This document shows, in pieces, positions 28,444 through 37,660 of a stretch of DNA of 64,000 nucleotides. Numbering within the stretch: position 1 is the stretch's first letter; each line of letters opens with the position of its first letter. The stretch lies in contig CAZWVU010000001.1 in assembly GCA_964637575.1 (NCBI GenBank), forward strand, positions 53,009-117,008, read 5' to 3'. A program made the translations under genes and the position numbers. Source of the stretch: an uncultured Candidatus Saccharibacteria bacterium. Lineage in GTDB: Bacteria; Patescibacteriota; Minisyncoccia; UBA6257; WO2-44-18. The notes under the pieces are model-generated. The model was not told the origin of the DNA. It saw nothing but the letters and a program-made list of their open reading frames with translations, and searched no databases.

Positions 28444-29486
28444 ATTTTTTTATACGATCGCGCCGCCTTTTCCCAGGACATCCCGTGCGCGAACACGACC
28501 GATTCCTTCGCAAAAGAAGCCTTTATTTTTTGGTCACGTAAAAGAATCCTCATCATCTCCGCCGCCGCGTTCGCGTCGCGCGCCGGCACAAGAAAACCGT
28601 TTTTCCCGTCATTGATCGCGTCTTCGGCGCCCGTGTCGCGCGTGCCGATCACCGGCAATCCGTTGGCCGCCGCCTCCAGAAAGACGAGGCCGAACCCTTC
28701 CAAATCCTTTCCGATATCCTGCGAAAGCAGCATAAAAAGCTCGGCATGCTGATACAGCGCGGCCAAAAAGTCCTGGGGAATATGCTCCAGAAAAATAATT
28801 CTGTTTTCCAATTTTAAATTCGAAATTTTAATTTTTAAATTTTGGTGTTCCGGCCCGCCGCCGACAATCACGTATTTCAAATCGGGAAATTCCCCGGCGA
28901 TTGCGGCAAATGCTTCTATTGAGTAATCAAATCCTTTCCGCTTCTTGAGCGATCCGACGCTCAATACAAACGGCTTCAGAGGATCGAGCTCCTTTTCATA
29001 TCCGGATACAATGTTCCGGAAACGGCTGACATCCACACCATGGTGGATCACTTCTATCGGCAGGCCGGGAATCACGGCAAGAATTTCCCGTTTCGTGTTA
29101 TTGCTTACCGCCACCACCCGATCCGCCCGACGGTAGGCCCACGCCATCAGCATTTTTTGGAACGGCCGGTGGAGCGGTTGAACCGCGCCGGTACCGATCG
29201 CGGTAATAATCAGCTTTTTCTTCAAGCCGATCGAGGCGAGCGCCGCCACGACACCGTAAGGCCAGCCGTCCAGCGCATGGATGACATCGCACTGCTTCAT
29301 TATTCTCCGGATCGCTGGCAGGGCGAGCAATAATTTCAATTTGTTCGGAAAGATAAGATTCTCCGAAGTCAGGATGTCAAATTCCACCCCGGGAATTACC
29401 CGCTCCACCGCCCGGGAGAAATCGTTGAAAAACCGGCCGGCGCCGGTATTAGTCCGGGTGTCGTGGTTAAGATAACAGATGCGCAT
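28425..29486 (-). CDS. GT4 glycosyltransferase
   Basis: VGSLKKRKG, EGFGLVFLEA..GLPVI. Confidence 0.9.
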   Translation of the reverse strand: MRICYLNHDTRTNTGAGRFFNDFSRAVERVIPGVEFDILTSENLIFPNKLKLLLALPAIRRIMKQCDVIHALDGWPYGVVAALASIGLKKKLIITAIGTGAVQPLHRPFQKMLMAWAYRRADRVVAVSNNTKREILAVIPGLPIEVIHHGVDVSRFRNIVSGYEKELDPLKPFVLSVGSLKKRKGFDYSIEAFAAIAGEFPDLKYVIVGGGPEHQNLKIKISNLKLENRIIFLEHIPQDFLAALYQHAELFMLLSQDIGKDLEGFGLVFLEAAANGLPVIGTRDTGAEDAINDGKNGFLVPARDANAAAEMMRILLRDQKIKASFAKESVVFAHGMSWEKAARSYKKIYDVRD

Positions 29487-29504
29487 TACTTAAACCTACC
29501 TCAA

Positions 29505-30281
29505 CTAATCGTTGTCTGTCATCTTGGAGGGTCCTGCTACCGCGGCCTTCTTTTTCAAGACGTAGACAATTTTCGGCCCCCACCGCTGATCGAGTTTTTC
29601 TTTCAGGAAAGGATGCCGGCCGGCAATCCCATAAAGAACTTTACGGATCGCCCCCTTCATGCCTTCGAAAATTCTCGGATTGATAAAATATTCCGTGCCG
29701 ATGCAATCGAAATACCGCAGAACGGTTTTTGTAAAGATCGCGGGTGTCAGAATGGCAATGTGATTATTGCGCTCGTGGTAACCGGGCAGATCGCCGTGCA
29801 TGCGAAAATAATTCCGGTGAGAAGGCGAGGTGATATTAATCGCCGAATAGATAAGCAGGCCATTTGGTTTGAGAACCCGGTGCGCTTCCCGGATAAAATT
29901 GTGCGGATTCTCCAGGTGCGGCACCACACACCAGGCGGTGATCAGGTTAAAAAAATTATCGGTCCACGGCAATTTTTCATAGCTCAAATCCGCGGTCTTA
30001 AATTCCTTCGCAATTTTTTTCGCTTCCGGCTGAAGATAGTCATCAATGTCCACGCCGTACAAGTTATGGAACCCCGCCTCTTTCAGATCAAAAAAGAATT
30101 TTCCGCTCGCGGTTCCACAGTCCAACACGTTCAATTCCGCCGGCGCAAGATTCTCCCGCGCCATCCATTTCTTCACCACGTCAATACTAAACCCGTGCCT
30201 CACGGCCGGACCCACAAACTCCCTGTTGCGCGCTTTTACTGACTGACTGTCTTTAATTTCTTCCGGCCGGAAATAATCCAT
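29505..30281 (-). CDS. class I SAM-dependent methyltransferase (paralog 2)
   Basis: VLDCGTASG, WCVVPHLENP, RVLKPNG, NNHI. Confidence 0.85.
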   Translation of the reverse strand: MDYFRPEEIKDSQSVKARNREFVGPAVRHGFSIDVVKKWMARENLAPAELNVLDCGTASGKFFFDLKEAGFHNLYGVDIDDYLQPEAKKIAKEFKTADLSYEKLPWTDNFFNLITAWCVVPHLENPHNFIREAHRVLKPNGLLIYSAINITSPSHRNYFRMHGDLPGYHERNNHIAILTPAIFTKTVLRYFDCIGTEYFINPRIFEGMKGAIRKVLYGIAGRHPFLKEKLDQRWGPKIVYVLKKKAAVAGPSKMTDND

Positions 30282-31064
30282 TTAGGTATTTAAAATGTAA
30301 AAATTTTTAAACAATTCCACCACCAACACCGGGCCGGTACCCCCAGGAGTCGGCGTGTAAAAACCGAGAGCGTCCAGCCCGGAACTTTGGGTGTCGAGGT
30401 CGCCGGAGATTTTCCCGTTGACCATATCGAACCCGAAATCGATCACCCCAGCCCCCGGCTTCAGCATTCCCGGCTTCAGCAAGCCGGCTTTACCGGCGCC
30501 GGCAATCACAAGGTCGCAATCCTTAATTCTCGAAAAATCGGTTTTGGTGTGAAAAATGATCACCTCCCGGCATTGATTATAAAGCCATTTCGCAACCGGA
30601 TCGCCGACCAGCAATCCGCGGCCGACCACGCCGACAACTTTCTCTTTAATGTCCACTTTCGCTTCGGCCAGCACATCCTTCACCACTTCCACCGCCAGCG
30701 CAGAAACCGGCGACTCCGCCGTCAGCGCGTCCACATCCTTTTTCGGGAAAATGGCCGCGAGAATTTTCCCGCGGTTGAACTTTTCCGGCAAAGGCAGCTG
30801 AACCAGAATGCCGCCAATTTCTTTATCGACGCCCAGATGCGTGATCTCGGCAATCAATTCGGCCTGGGAAATATCCGCCGACAGGGTAATCAGCCGGAAC
30901 TCCACGCCAAGCTCTTCGGCGATTTTCCTTTTCTGCTTGAGAAAGCTCTCGGAGGCAGCGCTTTCGCCGACAAACACCGCGGCCAGCGCCTTGGTGGGCT
31001 TGGGCAGTTTCTTCAATTGCTCAATTATTTTCCGGGCAATAGATTTTCCATCGATAACAATCAT
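30282..31064 (-). CDS. folD: methylenetetrahydrofolate dehydrogenase/cyclohydrolase (short, divergent)
   Basis: IDGKSIA, GILVQLPLP, KDVD, VVGRGLLVG, TPTPGGTGP. Confidence 0.85.
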   Translation of the reverse strand: MIVIDGKSIARKIIEQLKKLPKPTKALAAVFVGESAASESFLKQKRKIAEELGVEFRLITLSADISQAELIAEITHLGVDKEIGGILVQLPLPEKFNRGKILAAIFPKKDVDALTAESPVSALAVEVVKDVLAEAKVDIKEKVVGVVGRGLLVGDPVAKWLYNQCREVIIFHTKTDFSRIKDCDLVIAGAGKAGLLKPGMLKPGAGVIDFGFDMVNGKISGDLDTQSSGLDALGFYTPTPGGTGPVLVVELFKNFYILNT

Positions 31065-31113
31065 GAAAAATTTTAAAGTTTAAATTTGAAATTTAAAATA
31101 AATGATTAAATTC

Positions 31114-32325
31114 TTAATAAGGCAGGGGAAATTTTTTGGCCAGCGCCGTAACTTCCTTCCGGACAAATTCCTTTTTCACAAGCGCCCGCTGGATCAATCC
31201 GGCGATTGTTTTCATCTGCGGTTCTTTCATCCCGCGGGTGGTGACCGCCGGAACGCCGATGCGGATGCCGGAAGGCTTGAAAGGGCTCTGATCGCCCGGG
31301 ATGGTGTTGCGGTTCGCAGTGATCCCGTTTTTCTCGAGCAGCTGCTCCGCGGTCATACCGTCCAGATTGACGCTCCGCATGTCGGCCAGCATTAAATGAT
31401 TGTCGGTTCCGCCGGTGACAAGCGTGAAGCCCAGGCGGACCAGTTCGGCCGCGAGCACCTTGGCATTTTTCAAAATCTGCTGCTGATATTTTTTAAAACC
31501 CGGCAGAGCCGCTTCAAAAAACATCAGCGCTTTGGCCGCGGTGAGATTATTATGCGGGCCTCCCTGCATGCCCGGAAATACCGCTTTATCGATCGCCTCC
31601 GCCAGGTTTATTTTTGAGAAGATTGCGGCGCCGCGCGGTCCGCGCAGTGTTTTATGAGTCGTCATCATCACCGCGTCGCTGTGGAGAAACGGGGATACGT
31701 GCACGCCGGCCAGCACCAGCCCGGCAATATGGGAGATGTCGGCGACATGATACGCACCGACGGAGTGGGCGATTTCGCCGAAGCGGCGGAAATTAATTTC
31801 CCGGGGATAGGCAGTGAGGCCGGAAACGATCACTTTTGGCCTGTGTTCTTTCGCAAGTTTTTCGATTTCGCCGTAATCCAGAAGTCCCGTCCGCTCATCA
31901 ACGCCGTAATGAATTACCTTATACGCCTTACCGGAAAAATTCACTTTGTGTCCGTGGGTGAGATGGCCGCCGGAAGAAAGCTTCAAGCCCATCAGCGTAT
32001 CGCCGAAATTCATGAGGGCCGCGTAGATGGCAATATTCGCCGGCGATCCGGAATAGGGCTGGACGTTCACCGCCCACTCCTCCGGTTTCAGATCGAACGC
32101 TTCCAGGCCGCGTTTCTTCGCGAGATTTTCAATTTGATCATAGTATTCATTGCCCGGGTAATATCGCCTGCCCGGATACCCCTCGGAATACTTATTGGTA
32201 AGCGGCGAGCCGATCACGGAAAGCATGTCTTGGGAAACATAATTCTCCGACGCGATCAGGTCGATGGTTTCTTTTTGCCGCTTGGTCTCCTCTTGTATTA
32301 AACGCCCGAGAATTTTATCTTTCAT
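31114..32325 (-). CDS. glyA: serine hydroxymethyltransferase
   Basis: LIASEN, NKYSEGYPGRRYY, GGHLTHG, TTHKTLRGPRG, FPGMQGGP. Confidence 0.97.
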   Translation of the reverse strand: MKDKILGRLIQEETKRQKETIDLIASENYVSQDMLSVIGSPLTNKYSEGYPGRRYYPGNEYYDQIENLAKKRGLEAFDLKPEEWAVNVQPYSGSPANIAIYAALMNFGDTLMGLKLSSGGHLTHGHKVNFSGKAYKVIHYGVDERTGLLDYGEIEKLAKEHRPKVIVSGLTAYPREINFRRFGEIAHSVGAYHVADISHIAGLVLAGVHVSPFLHSDAVMMTTHKTLRGPRGAAIFSKINLAEAIDKAVFPGMQGGPHNNLTAAKALMFFEAALPGFKKYQQQILKNAKVLAAELVRLGFTLVTGGTDNHLMLADMRSVNLDGMTAEQLLEKNGITANRNTIPGDQSPFKPSGIRIGVPAVTTRGMKEPQMKTIAGLIQRALVKKEFVRKEVTALAKKFPLPY

Positions 32326-32362
32326 TTTTTATGCGGTTTGGTTACACTGATTTTAACGCACC

Positions 32363-33106
32363 ATGCGCTATTTTACCACTGAAGAATTAAAGGAGAACAA
32401 CCGTGACGAGGTGGCGCGCGTCCTCAAGGATTGCGTGGGAAAAAACGTCCGCTACAACCTCGCGTTTGAACTTATTGAAGACTACGCGAAACGCGCCCCG
32501 GCGCCGCAGGAGGTAACAATTCTGGACCTCGGAGTGGCGAGCGGGTATTTTTTAAAACAACTGCACAAGAAGGGGTACCGGAATCTTTTTGCCCATGACA
32601 TCGATGAATACCTGCCGCCGGAAACAAAAAAATTATTCCGGGAGTTCAAAACCGCGGAACTGAACACGGAGAAGCTTCCCTGGCCGGATAATTCCTTTGA
32701 TTTTGTCACCGCCTGGTGCGTCCTGCCGCACCTGGAAAATCCCTTCCATGCCGCCCGCGAGGCGCACCGCGTATTAAAACCAGGCGGCATCTTTCTTTTC
32801 AGCGCGCCCCATCTGACCTCCCGGGGCAGTATCGATTTTTTTCTGAAATACGGATATTTCGCAGGATACCGGGAAACCAACAATCACATCGCGATGCTGC
32901 CGCCCAGCATTGTTAAAAAAACGCTGTCCAAATATTTTACCGTGCTCGACCTGCAATATCTGGTGGTGCCGAAAATTTTCGCCGGCCTCAAGGGCCGCAT
33001 CCGGGAAGCATTATATGGATTTTCAAAACGTTTTCCCAGGTTTCGAACGTACCTGGGAAAACGCTGGGGTTATAACCTAATTTATATCCTGCAAAAACCG
33101 CAGTAA
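32363..33106 (+). CDS. class I SAM-dependent methyltransferase (paralog 3)
   Basis: ILDLGVASG, WCVLPHLENP, RVLKPGG, NNHI. Confidence 0.85.
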   Translation: MRYFTTEELKENNRDEVARVLKDCVGKNVRYNLAFELIEDYAKRAPAPQEVTILDLGVASGYFLKQLHKKGYRNLFAHDIDEYLPPETKKLFREFKTAELNTEKLPWPDNSFDFVTAWCVLPHLENPFHAAREAHRVLKPGGIFLFSAPHLTSRGSIDFFLKYGYFAGYRETNNHIAMLPPSIVKKTLSKYFTVLDLQYLVVPKIFAGLKGRIREALYGFSKRFPRFRTYLGKRWGYNLIYILQKPQ

Positions 33107-34444
33107 TTCGGAAGCAAGCCGCTGGCTGGAGTTTCCGTCAGTTTTATAACAAATCTGCTCAAGCGTTTTCTCCCGCTGCTCATTGTTCCGCGTCGGATCA
33201 TTGGCGTATGCCCCAATCGATTCAATCAGATCGTCTTCATTGGACGCCACGTGGCAACCGCCCCCGCGCGTCAGTGGCTGAAGATGTTCGAGGTCTAAAA
33301 ATTTCCGGATCCCGCCAAAACCGATCAGGATCACCGGTTTTTTAAAAAGCAGGGCGTCCACCGCGATGGTCGACGGGCCCGGCAACACCACGTCGCTGTG
33401 GGCAAGCGAGTTGATAAGATGCCGGTCGGCTTCGGAGTTCAGCTCTCCTTTTCCAAAAAGTTTTGCCGGCCGGTCAAACGCCATATTGGCAGGCGGGACA
33501 AAATTCCCCAGATCAACTTCGCCGATCAGCGGAAAACGTACCAGCACCTGAAATATTCGCGGGTCCAGCCGGCGCAGTAGTTCCAAAATCCGGCGGTTGT
33601 ATTCCTCATGACGCCCGGAAAACTGCTTATGGAGAAACATATCCGCGACGGCAACAAAAAGAATGGTTTTTTTGCCTGGATCAAGGCCGGCGCTCCGGAA
33701 AAATTCCGCGCGGGAATCGGTCCGGGTATTCAGGTATTTGTCATAGTGGGGAATTCCCACCACCACGACATCCCGCGCTGGAATGTGGTTATAGACCCGG
33801 CACTCTTCTTTGATCACCTCATTCCACACCGCGATCCGATCCGGCACCTCCCGGATAACTCCGCGGGTGGTCAGGTTGTCCCAGGAACGGACCATTCCGA
33901 TCACCGGAATCCCGTTCTTTTTCGCCTCCCGAATCAGATCAATGTCGCTGTCGCCGCTGCTCCGGTCGGTAATATCCGTCGAAAATACCAGCGCCGGTTT
34001 ATAGCGTTCGAAATAAATCCGGAATCTGTCGGACGGCAGGGTGTTCCGGTCCAGCCAGCGCACGAACAGGATTGCCGGCTTCCAACCCGCGCAGACGCCG
34101 GTCACGACCCGGCTGCCATAGTAACTGAATGCGGAAAGAACATTGCGGAAATTAGTGCGCATTTTCAAAAACATCCGGCTGGTATTGGTATTGATCAGAA
34201 GCCGCGACAGGGCGCCGATCAGAATTTTCCGCCGGCTCAACGGCGCCACCGGTACGCCTTCAATAATCACTTTTGCCGAGGAAAAATTCTTTTCCAGATA
34301 TTCCCTTTCCTTTTCCGGAGCGAGGATCACGACGCGCACGTTATCCGGACGCGTGACCATGTTCAGGAAATCCGTGTCCAGAAGATTGCGGACAACAAAG
34401 TTGGTAAAGGCCGTTATGAAAACGGTTTTCTGTTCCTGATTCAT
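33077..34444 (-). CDS. GT-B glycosyltransferase, CDP-glycerol glycerophosphotransferase-like family
   Basis: SWDNLT, GIPHYD, STIAVDALLFKKPVI; coupled to upstream neuA. Confidence 0.7.
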   Translation of the reverse strand: MNQEQKTVFITAFTNFVVRNLLDTDFLNMVTRPDNVRVVILAPEKEREYLEKNFSSAKVIIEGVPVAPLSRRKILIGALSRLLINTNTSRMFLKMRTNFRNVLSAFSYYGSRVVTGVCAGWKPAILFVRWLDRNTLPSDRFRIYFERYKPALVFSTDITDRSSGDSDIDLIREAKKNGIPVIGMVRSWDNLTTRGVIREVPDRIAVWNEVIKEECRVYNHIPARDVVVVGIPHYDKYLNTRTDSRAEFFRSAGLDPGKKTILFVAVADMFLHKQFSGRHEEYNRRILELLRRLDPRIFQVLVRFPLIGEVDLGNFVPPANMAFDRPAKLFGKGELNSEADRHLINSLAHSDVVLPGPSTIAVDALLFKKPVILIGFGGIRKFLDLEHLQPLTRGGGCHVASNEDDLIESIGAYANDPTRNNEQREKTLEQICYKTDGNSSQRLASELLRFLQDIN

Positions 34445-35160
34445 TTTTTGAATGCCAATGGCAGAAGCGCTTCCGCCATTTCCAGATCTTCCGCCGAATC
34501 AAGATCGAACGCGCTCAACCCGCTGATGATCAGGGGAAGGCACCGGTCGCCGATCGGTATATTTTTTTCCCGGATTACTTTCGGTGTAAAGACCCATAAA
34601 TTTCCGATCGCGTACCGCTTCGGCTTGGACTGGCGCGTGATATATTTGGCCCTCGCCTCCGGATCAACGAACTGAAGATAGCCATTTTCGTTGATCAGAC
34701 GGAGATTGATCGGATGGAAATCGTTCGGCACTTCCACTACGCTGGTAACCGAATCGGCCTCGGAATGCGCCTTGATTAACTCCAGCGCCGCGTCAATTTC
34801 GGCTGTTTTAATGAAAGGCGACGTAGCCTGGACCAGTATGATGTAATCAGGGATATACGATTCATGCGCTTCCAGCCATTCCAGCGTCTGACGGAGCACG
34901 GGCATGGTCGGAGTGCTGTCAGTGGCGAGCGCTGCCGGTCTCACATATGGAACTTCCGCGCCGAATTGTTTCGCCACGTCGGCAATTTCCCGGTCATCAG
35001 TGTTCACGATCAGCCGCGAAATGTGCCGGCTTTTTTTGACCGCTTCGATCGCGTAGGCGATGAGCGGTTTCCCGCCCAGCGGGACAATATTCTTTCCCGG
35101 TATCGATTTGGATCCTCCTCTGGCCGGAATGATCGCAAGGGTCCGCGGGGTTTCTGACAT
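34441..35160 (-). CDS. neuA: acylneuraminate (nonulosonate) cytidylyltransferase
   Basis: IIPARGGSKSIPGKN, VNTD, QATSP, DLDS.ED. Start set at ATG 35160, 6 nt after TTGCCA-17-TATTTT. Confidence 0.9.
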   Translation of the reverse strand: MSETPRTLAIIPARGGSKSIPGKNIVPLGGKPLIAYAIEAVKKSRHISRLIVNTDDREIADVAKQFGAEVPYVRPAALATDSTPTMPVLRQTLEWLEAHESYIPDYIILVQATSPFIKTAEIDAALELIKAHSEADSVTSVVEVPNDFHPINLRLINENGYLQFVDPEARAKYITRQSKPKRYAIGNLWVFTPKVIREKNIPIGDRCLPLIISGLSAFDLDSAEDLEMAEALLPLAFKK

Positions 35161-35203
35161 AACCATAAAATAACAGCAACAATGGGTTTTGGCAATTTCC
35201 GGT

Positions 35204-35230
35204 AATAAAAACCCCTCGAAAAGAGGGGTT
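35204..35230 (-). terminator. intrinsic terminator after sqdB
   Basis: AACCCCTC/GAGGGGTT stem + TTTTTATT. Confidence 0.8.
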
Positions 35231-35235
35231 AGTAC

Positions 35236-36393
35236 TTAGCTTCTGCGCCACTTGATCCTGGGATTGATGATGTCCGGATCGATCTTCTGCTTCGCCTCAA
35301 CGACTTTGAGCAGCATCGAATTTACGAGGTCTTCGGAAAGGTTGATCGGTTTGAGACCGAGATTGAGAAGGTTCCGGTTGACCGCCTCGTAGTAGTGCTC
35401 TTCCTTTTCCACCCGGGGGTTCGGAATGTTGGCGATGTTCACGTCGAGGTTGAGTTTCTCGCCGGCCTCCTTGACCTTGCGCGCGAGCTCAAGAATCGTG
35501 AATGTTTCCGTGAACTGATTGAACACGCGGAACTCTCCGGGCTTCGCGGGATTGGTGACCGCGAGCTCCACGCACCTGATGGTATCGCGGATATTGAGGA
35601 ACCCGCGGGTCTGGCCGCCCTTCCCGTACACCGTGAGAGGAATGCCGGCCGCGGCCTGCACGCAAAACCGGTTCAGCGCGGTGCCGAAGACCTCGTCATA
35701 ATGGAAGCTGGTGAGAAGGTCGGGATGCAGTTCGGTACAGTCCGTCTCGATTCCATACACCACGCCCTGGTTCAGGTCGGTGGCCCGGATGTCCCAGAAG
35801 CGGCAGGCCGCTTCGATATTGGTGCTGTCGGCCACCTTGCTCGCGTGGTAGAACGAAGCCGGACGCTTCGGATAGAGCATGCGATCGGCGCGTCCTTTGT
35901 GAACCACGTCGATCCAGCCTTCTTCGATGGCGATGTTCGGCGTGCCGTACTCGCCCATCGTTCCAAGTTTGACCAGATGCGAATCGGGCATGTAACGCTT
36001 CATCGCGAAGAGCACGTTCATCGTTCCGATGATGTTGTTCTTCATGGTGTCGCACGCCTTCCGGGGACTGGCCATCGAATACGGCGCGGAGGGCTGCTCG
36101 GCATAGTGGATGATCGCCTCCGGCCGGAACTGCTCGAAGATCTCGAACAGAAACCGGTCATTTTCAGCGATGTCGCAGATCCGGTATTCGATGCCCTTGC
36201 CCGTAACTTTTTTCCAGGTCTTGATGCGCACCTGCAGCGTCGGCACCGCCCAGAGCGGCGTGGAGCTGTACTCCGCCTCCCACCGCCGCTTGATCATGTT
36301 GTCCACGATCATCACGTCGTGTCCGGCATTCGAAAAATGCATCGCCGTCGGCCAGCCGAGGTATCCGTCGCCACCCAGCACAAGAACCTTCAT
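35236..36393 (-). CDS. sqdB: UDP-sulfoquinovose synthase (SqdB/Agl3)
   Basis: LGGDGYLGWPT, EQPSAPYSM, KLGTMGEYGTP, SFYHASK, TDLNQGVVYG, GTALNRF, NPRVEKEEHYY. Confidence 0.95.
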   Translation of the reverse strand: MKVLVLGGDGYLGWPTAMHFSNAGHDVMIVDNMIKRRWEAEYSSTPLWAVPTLQVRIKTWKKVTGKGIEYRICDIAENDRFLFEIFEQFRPEAIIHYAEQPSAPYSMASPRKACDTMKNNIIGTMNVLFAMKRYMPDSHLVKLGTMGEYGTPNIAIEEGWIDVVHKGRADRMLYPKRPASFYHASKVADSTNIEAACRFWDIRATDLNQGVVYGIETDCTELHPDLLTSFHYDEVFGTALNRFCVQAAAGIPLTVYGKGGQTRGFLNIRDTIRCVELAVTNPAKPGEFRVFNQFTETFTILELARKVKEAGEKLNLDVNIANIPNPRVEKEEHYYEAVNRNLLNLGLKPINLSEDLVNSMLLKVVEAKQKIDPDIINPRIKWRRS

Positions 36394-36397
36394 GTCG

Positions 36398-36460
36398 CCT
36401 CCTTGGTTGTTCTGTAAAAATTACTACCCATATAGTCGCAAAAAATGGCACGTTAGTCAA
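36398..36460 (-). promoter_or_regulatory. promoter + leader + SD (sqdB)
   Basis: TTGACT(36455-36460)-17-GACTAT with TG extension; degenerate CAGAACAACCAA; AAGGAGG. Confidence 0.55.
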
Positions 36461-36464
36461 CGCC

Positions 36465-36495
36465 AATAAAAAATCCCGGACACCTCCGGGATTTT
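36465..36495 (-). terminator. intrinsic terminator after neuC
   Basis: AAAATCCCGGA/TCCGGGATTTT stem + U-tract. Confidence 0.8.
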
Positions 36496-37657
36496 AACTT
36501 TTCCTTAACAGACGATCATTCAACGGGATATACGCGATGACCTGGAAAACTTTTTCCGAGGAGTGCCCGTCGCCGAGCCGGTAGCCGCATCCGTCAAGCG
36601 TTCCGGAATCAAGCGAAAGCGCTTCGTCAATTGTTTCGCTGATCGAAGAAAGGGAAGTGTTGGCATCAAGCACATTGTCTTCCCGATCCCTCCCGCGCTG
36701 GCGGTTTCCGATGTTGACGGCCGGCACATGAAGATACGGCGCCTCCACTAAGGCGCACGAAGAATTCCCGATGATGAGGCGCGCCTCCTTGAGCAGGCCG
36801 AGAAAGTCCTGGTTGTCGATGTTCTTCCGCACCAGAAAAGTCTCGGGGTCTTTTCTCTGCCACGACTCGATGACGTTGATGATGCCTTCATAGCCGGGAT
36901 CGGAACAGGGGTAGACCATCAGCGCCTTCCAACCCTCTACACGCGCGCGGGCAGCCACCGCTGCCATCATATTATGCGCAGCCTGCCAGTTGGCTTCGGG
37001 CGTTTCCAGCGTGTCGGGATGGAGCAGGCCGATGATATAGCGCTGCTCTTTGCCGAAGCCAAACTTCTCCCGGGCAACCGCCGGAGGGGTGTACATTCCC
37101 GCCACAATCCGGTCGATGTACAGAGAGCCGACTTCGTGAATCCGCCAGGCCGGTTCGCCGATCGCCTTCAGCCGTCCGGCCGCCACCGTGGTTTCCGGAA
37201 AATGGAGATGGGCGAGTTTCGAAATGGCGTTCCGAAGCACGTCATCCACGTTGCCGGAAATCTCACCGCCCTGGGTATGCGTCACCGGAATATTGAAATG
37301 CGCGGCCGCCATCGCCATCGCCAGATGTTCGCCGCGGTCGGCATGCACCATCAGGAGATCGGGCTTGAGCCGCCCCAGAATTTCACCCGCTTTATACAGG
37401 CAGGTGCCGAGATTTTCCGTCCGGATCCGTTGCGAATCGCCCCGGCCGGCGCCCATTTCGATGAGCTCGATCCGGGCCTCCGGGAAAAAACTTTTTGCCT
37501 CGTTCGCCGTCGAACCGAACTCTGCCGACGCATGCATGTCCCCGAGGACCATCTGCAGCTCCAAATCCTTGTCGGCTTGGATGCGCCGCATGAGCGGCAG
37601 GTAGGCGCCAAAGCCGCCCCGCTTGCCGGAAAACACGCATATTGTCCTTCTTGCCAT
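36494..37657 (-). CDS. neuC: UDP-N-acetylglucosamine 2-epimerase (hydrolysing)
   Basis: DMHAS..FG, ADRGE, HTQGGEISGNVDD, AISKLAHLHF, IGNSS, VNIGNRQRGR. Confidence 0.9.
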   Translation of the reverse strand: MARRTICVFSGKRGGFGAYLPLMRRIQADKDLELQMVLGDMHASAEFGSTANEAKSFFPEARIELIEMGAGRGDSQRIRTENLGTCLYKAGEILGRLKPDLLMVHADRGEHLAMAMAAAHFNIPVTHTQGGEISGNVDDVLRNAISKLAHLHFPETTVAAGRLKAIGEPAWRIHEVGSLYIDRIVAGMYTPPAVAREKFGFGKEQRYIIGLLHPDTLETPEANWQAAHNMMAAVAARARVEGWKALMVYPCSDPGYEGIINVIESWQRKDPETFLVRKNIDNQDFLGLLKEARLIIGNSSCALVEAPYLHVPAVNIGNRQRGRDREDNVLDANTSLSSISETIDEALSLDSGTLDGCGYRLGDGHSSEKVFQVIAYIPLNDRLLRKS

Positions 37658-37660
37658 AGT

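Noticed and set aside
4417-35195. TTGCC(G/A) -35 boxes as binding sites for the wHTH protein's ATTGCCG motif
   Set aside because: TTGCCx is an ordinary -35 variant and the matches are single and imperfect; cannot be separated from chance without binding data.
2273-36495. Integron cassette array (attC sites) or CRISPR repeats
   Set aside because: The hairpins between cassette-like genes are short 8-11 bp stems with U-tracts, unrelated in sequence, with no RYYYAAC/GTTRRRY boxes, no integrase, no regular spacing and no cas genes; they are terminators.
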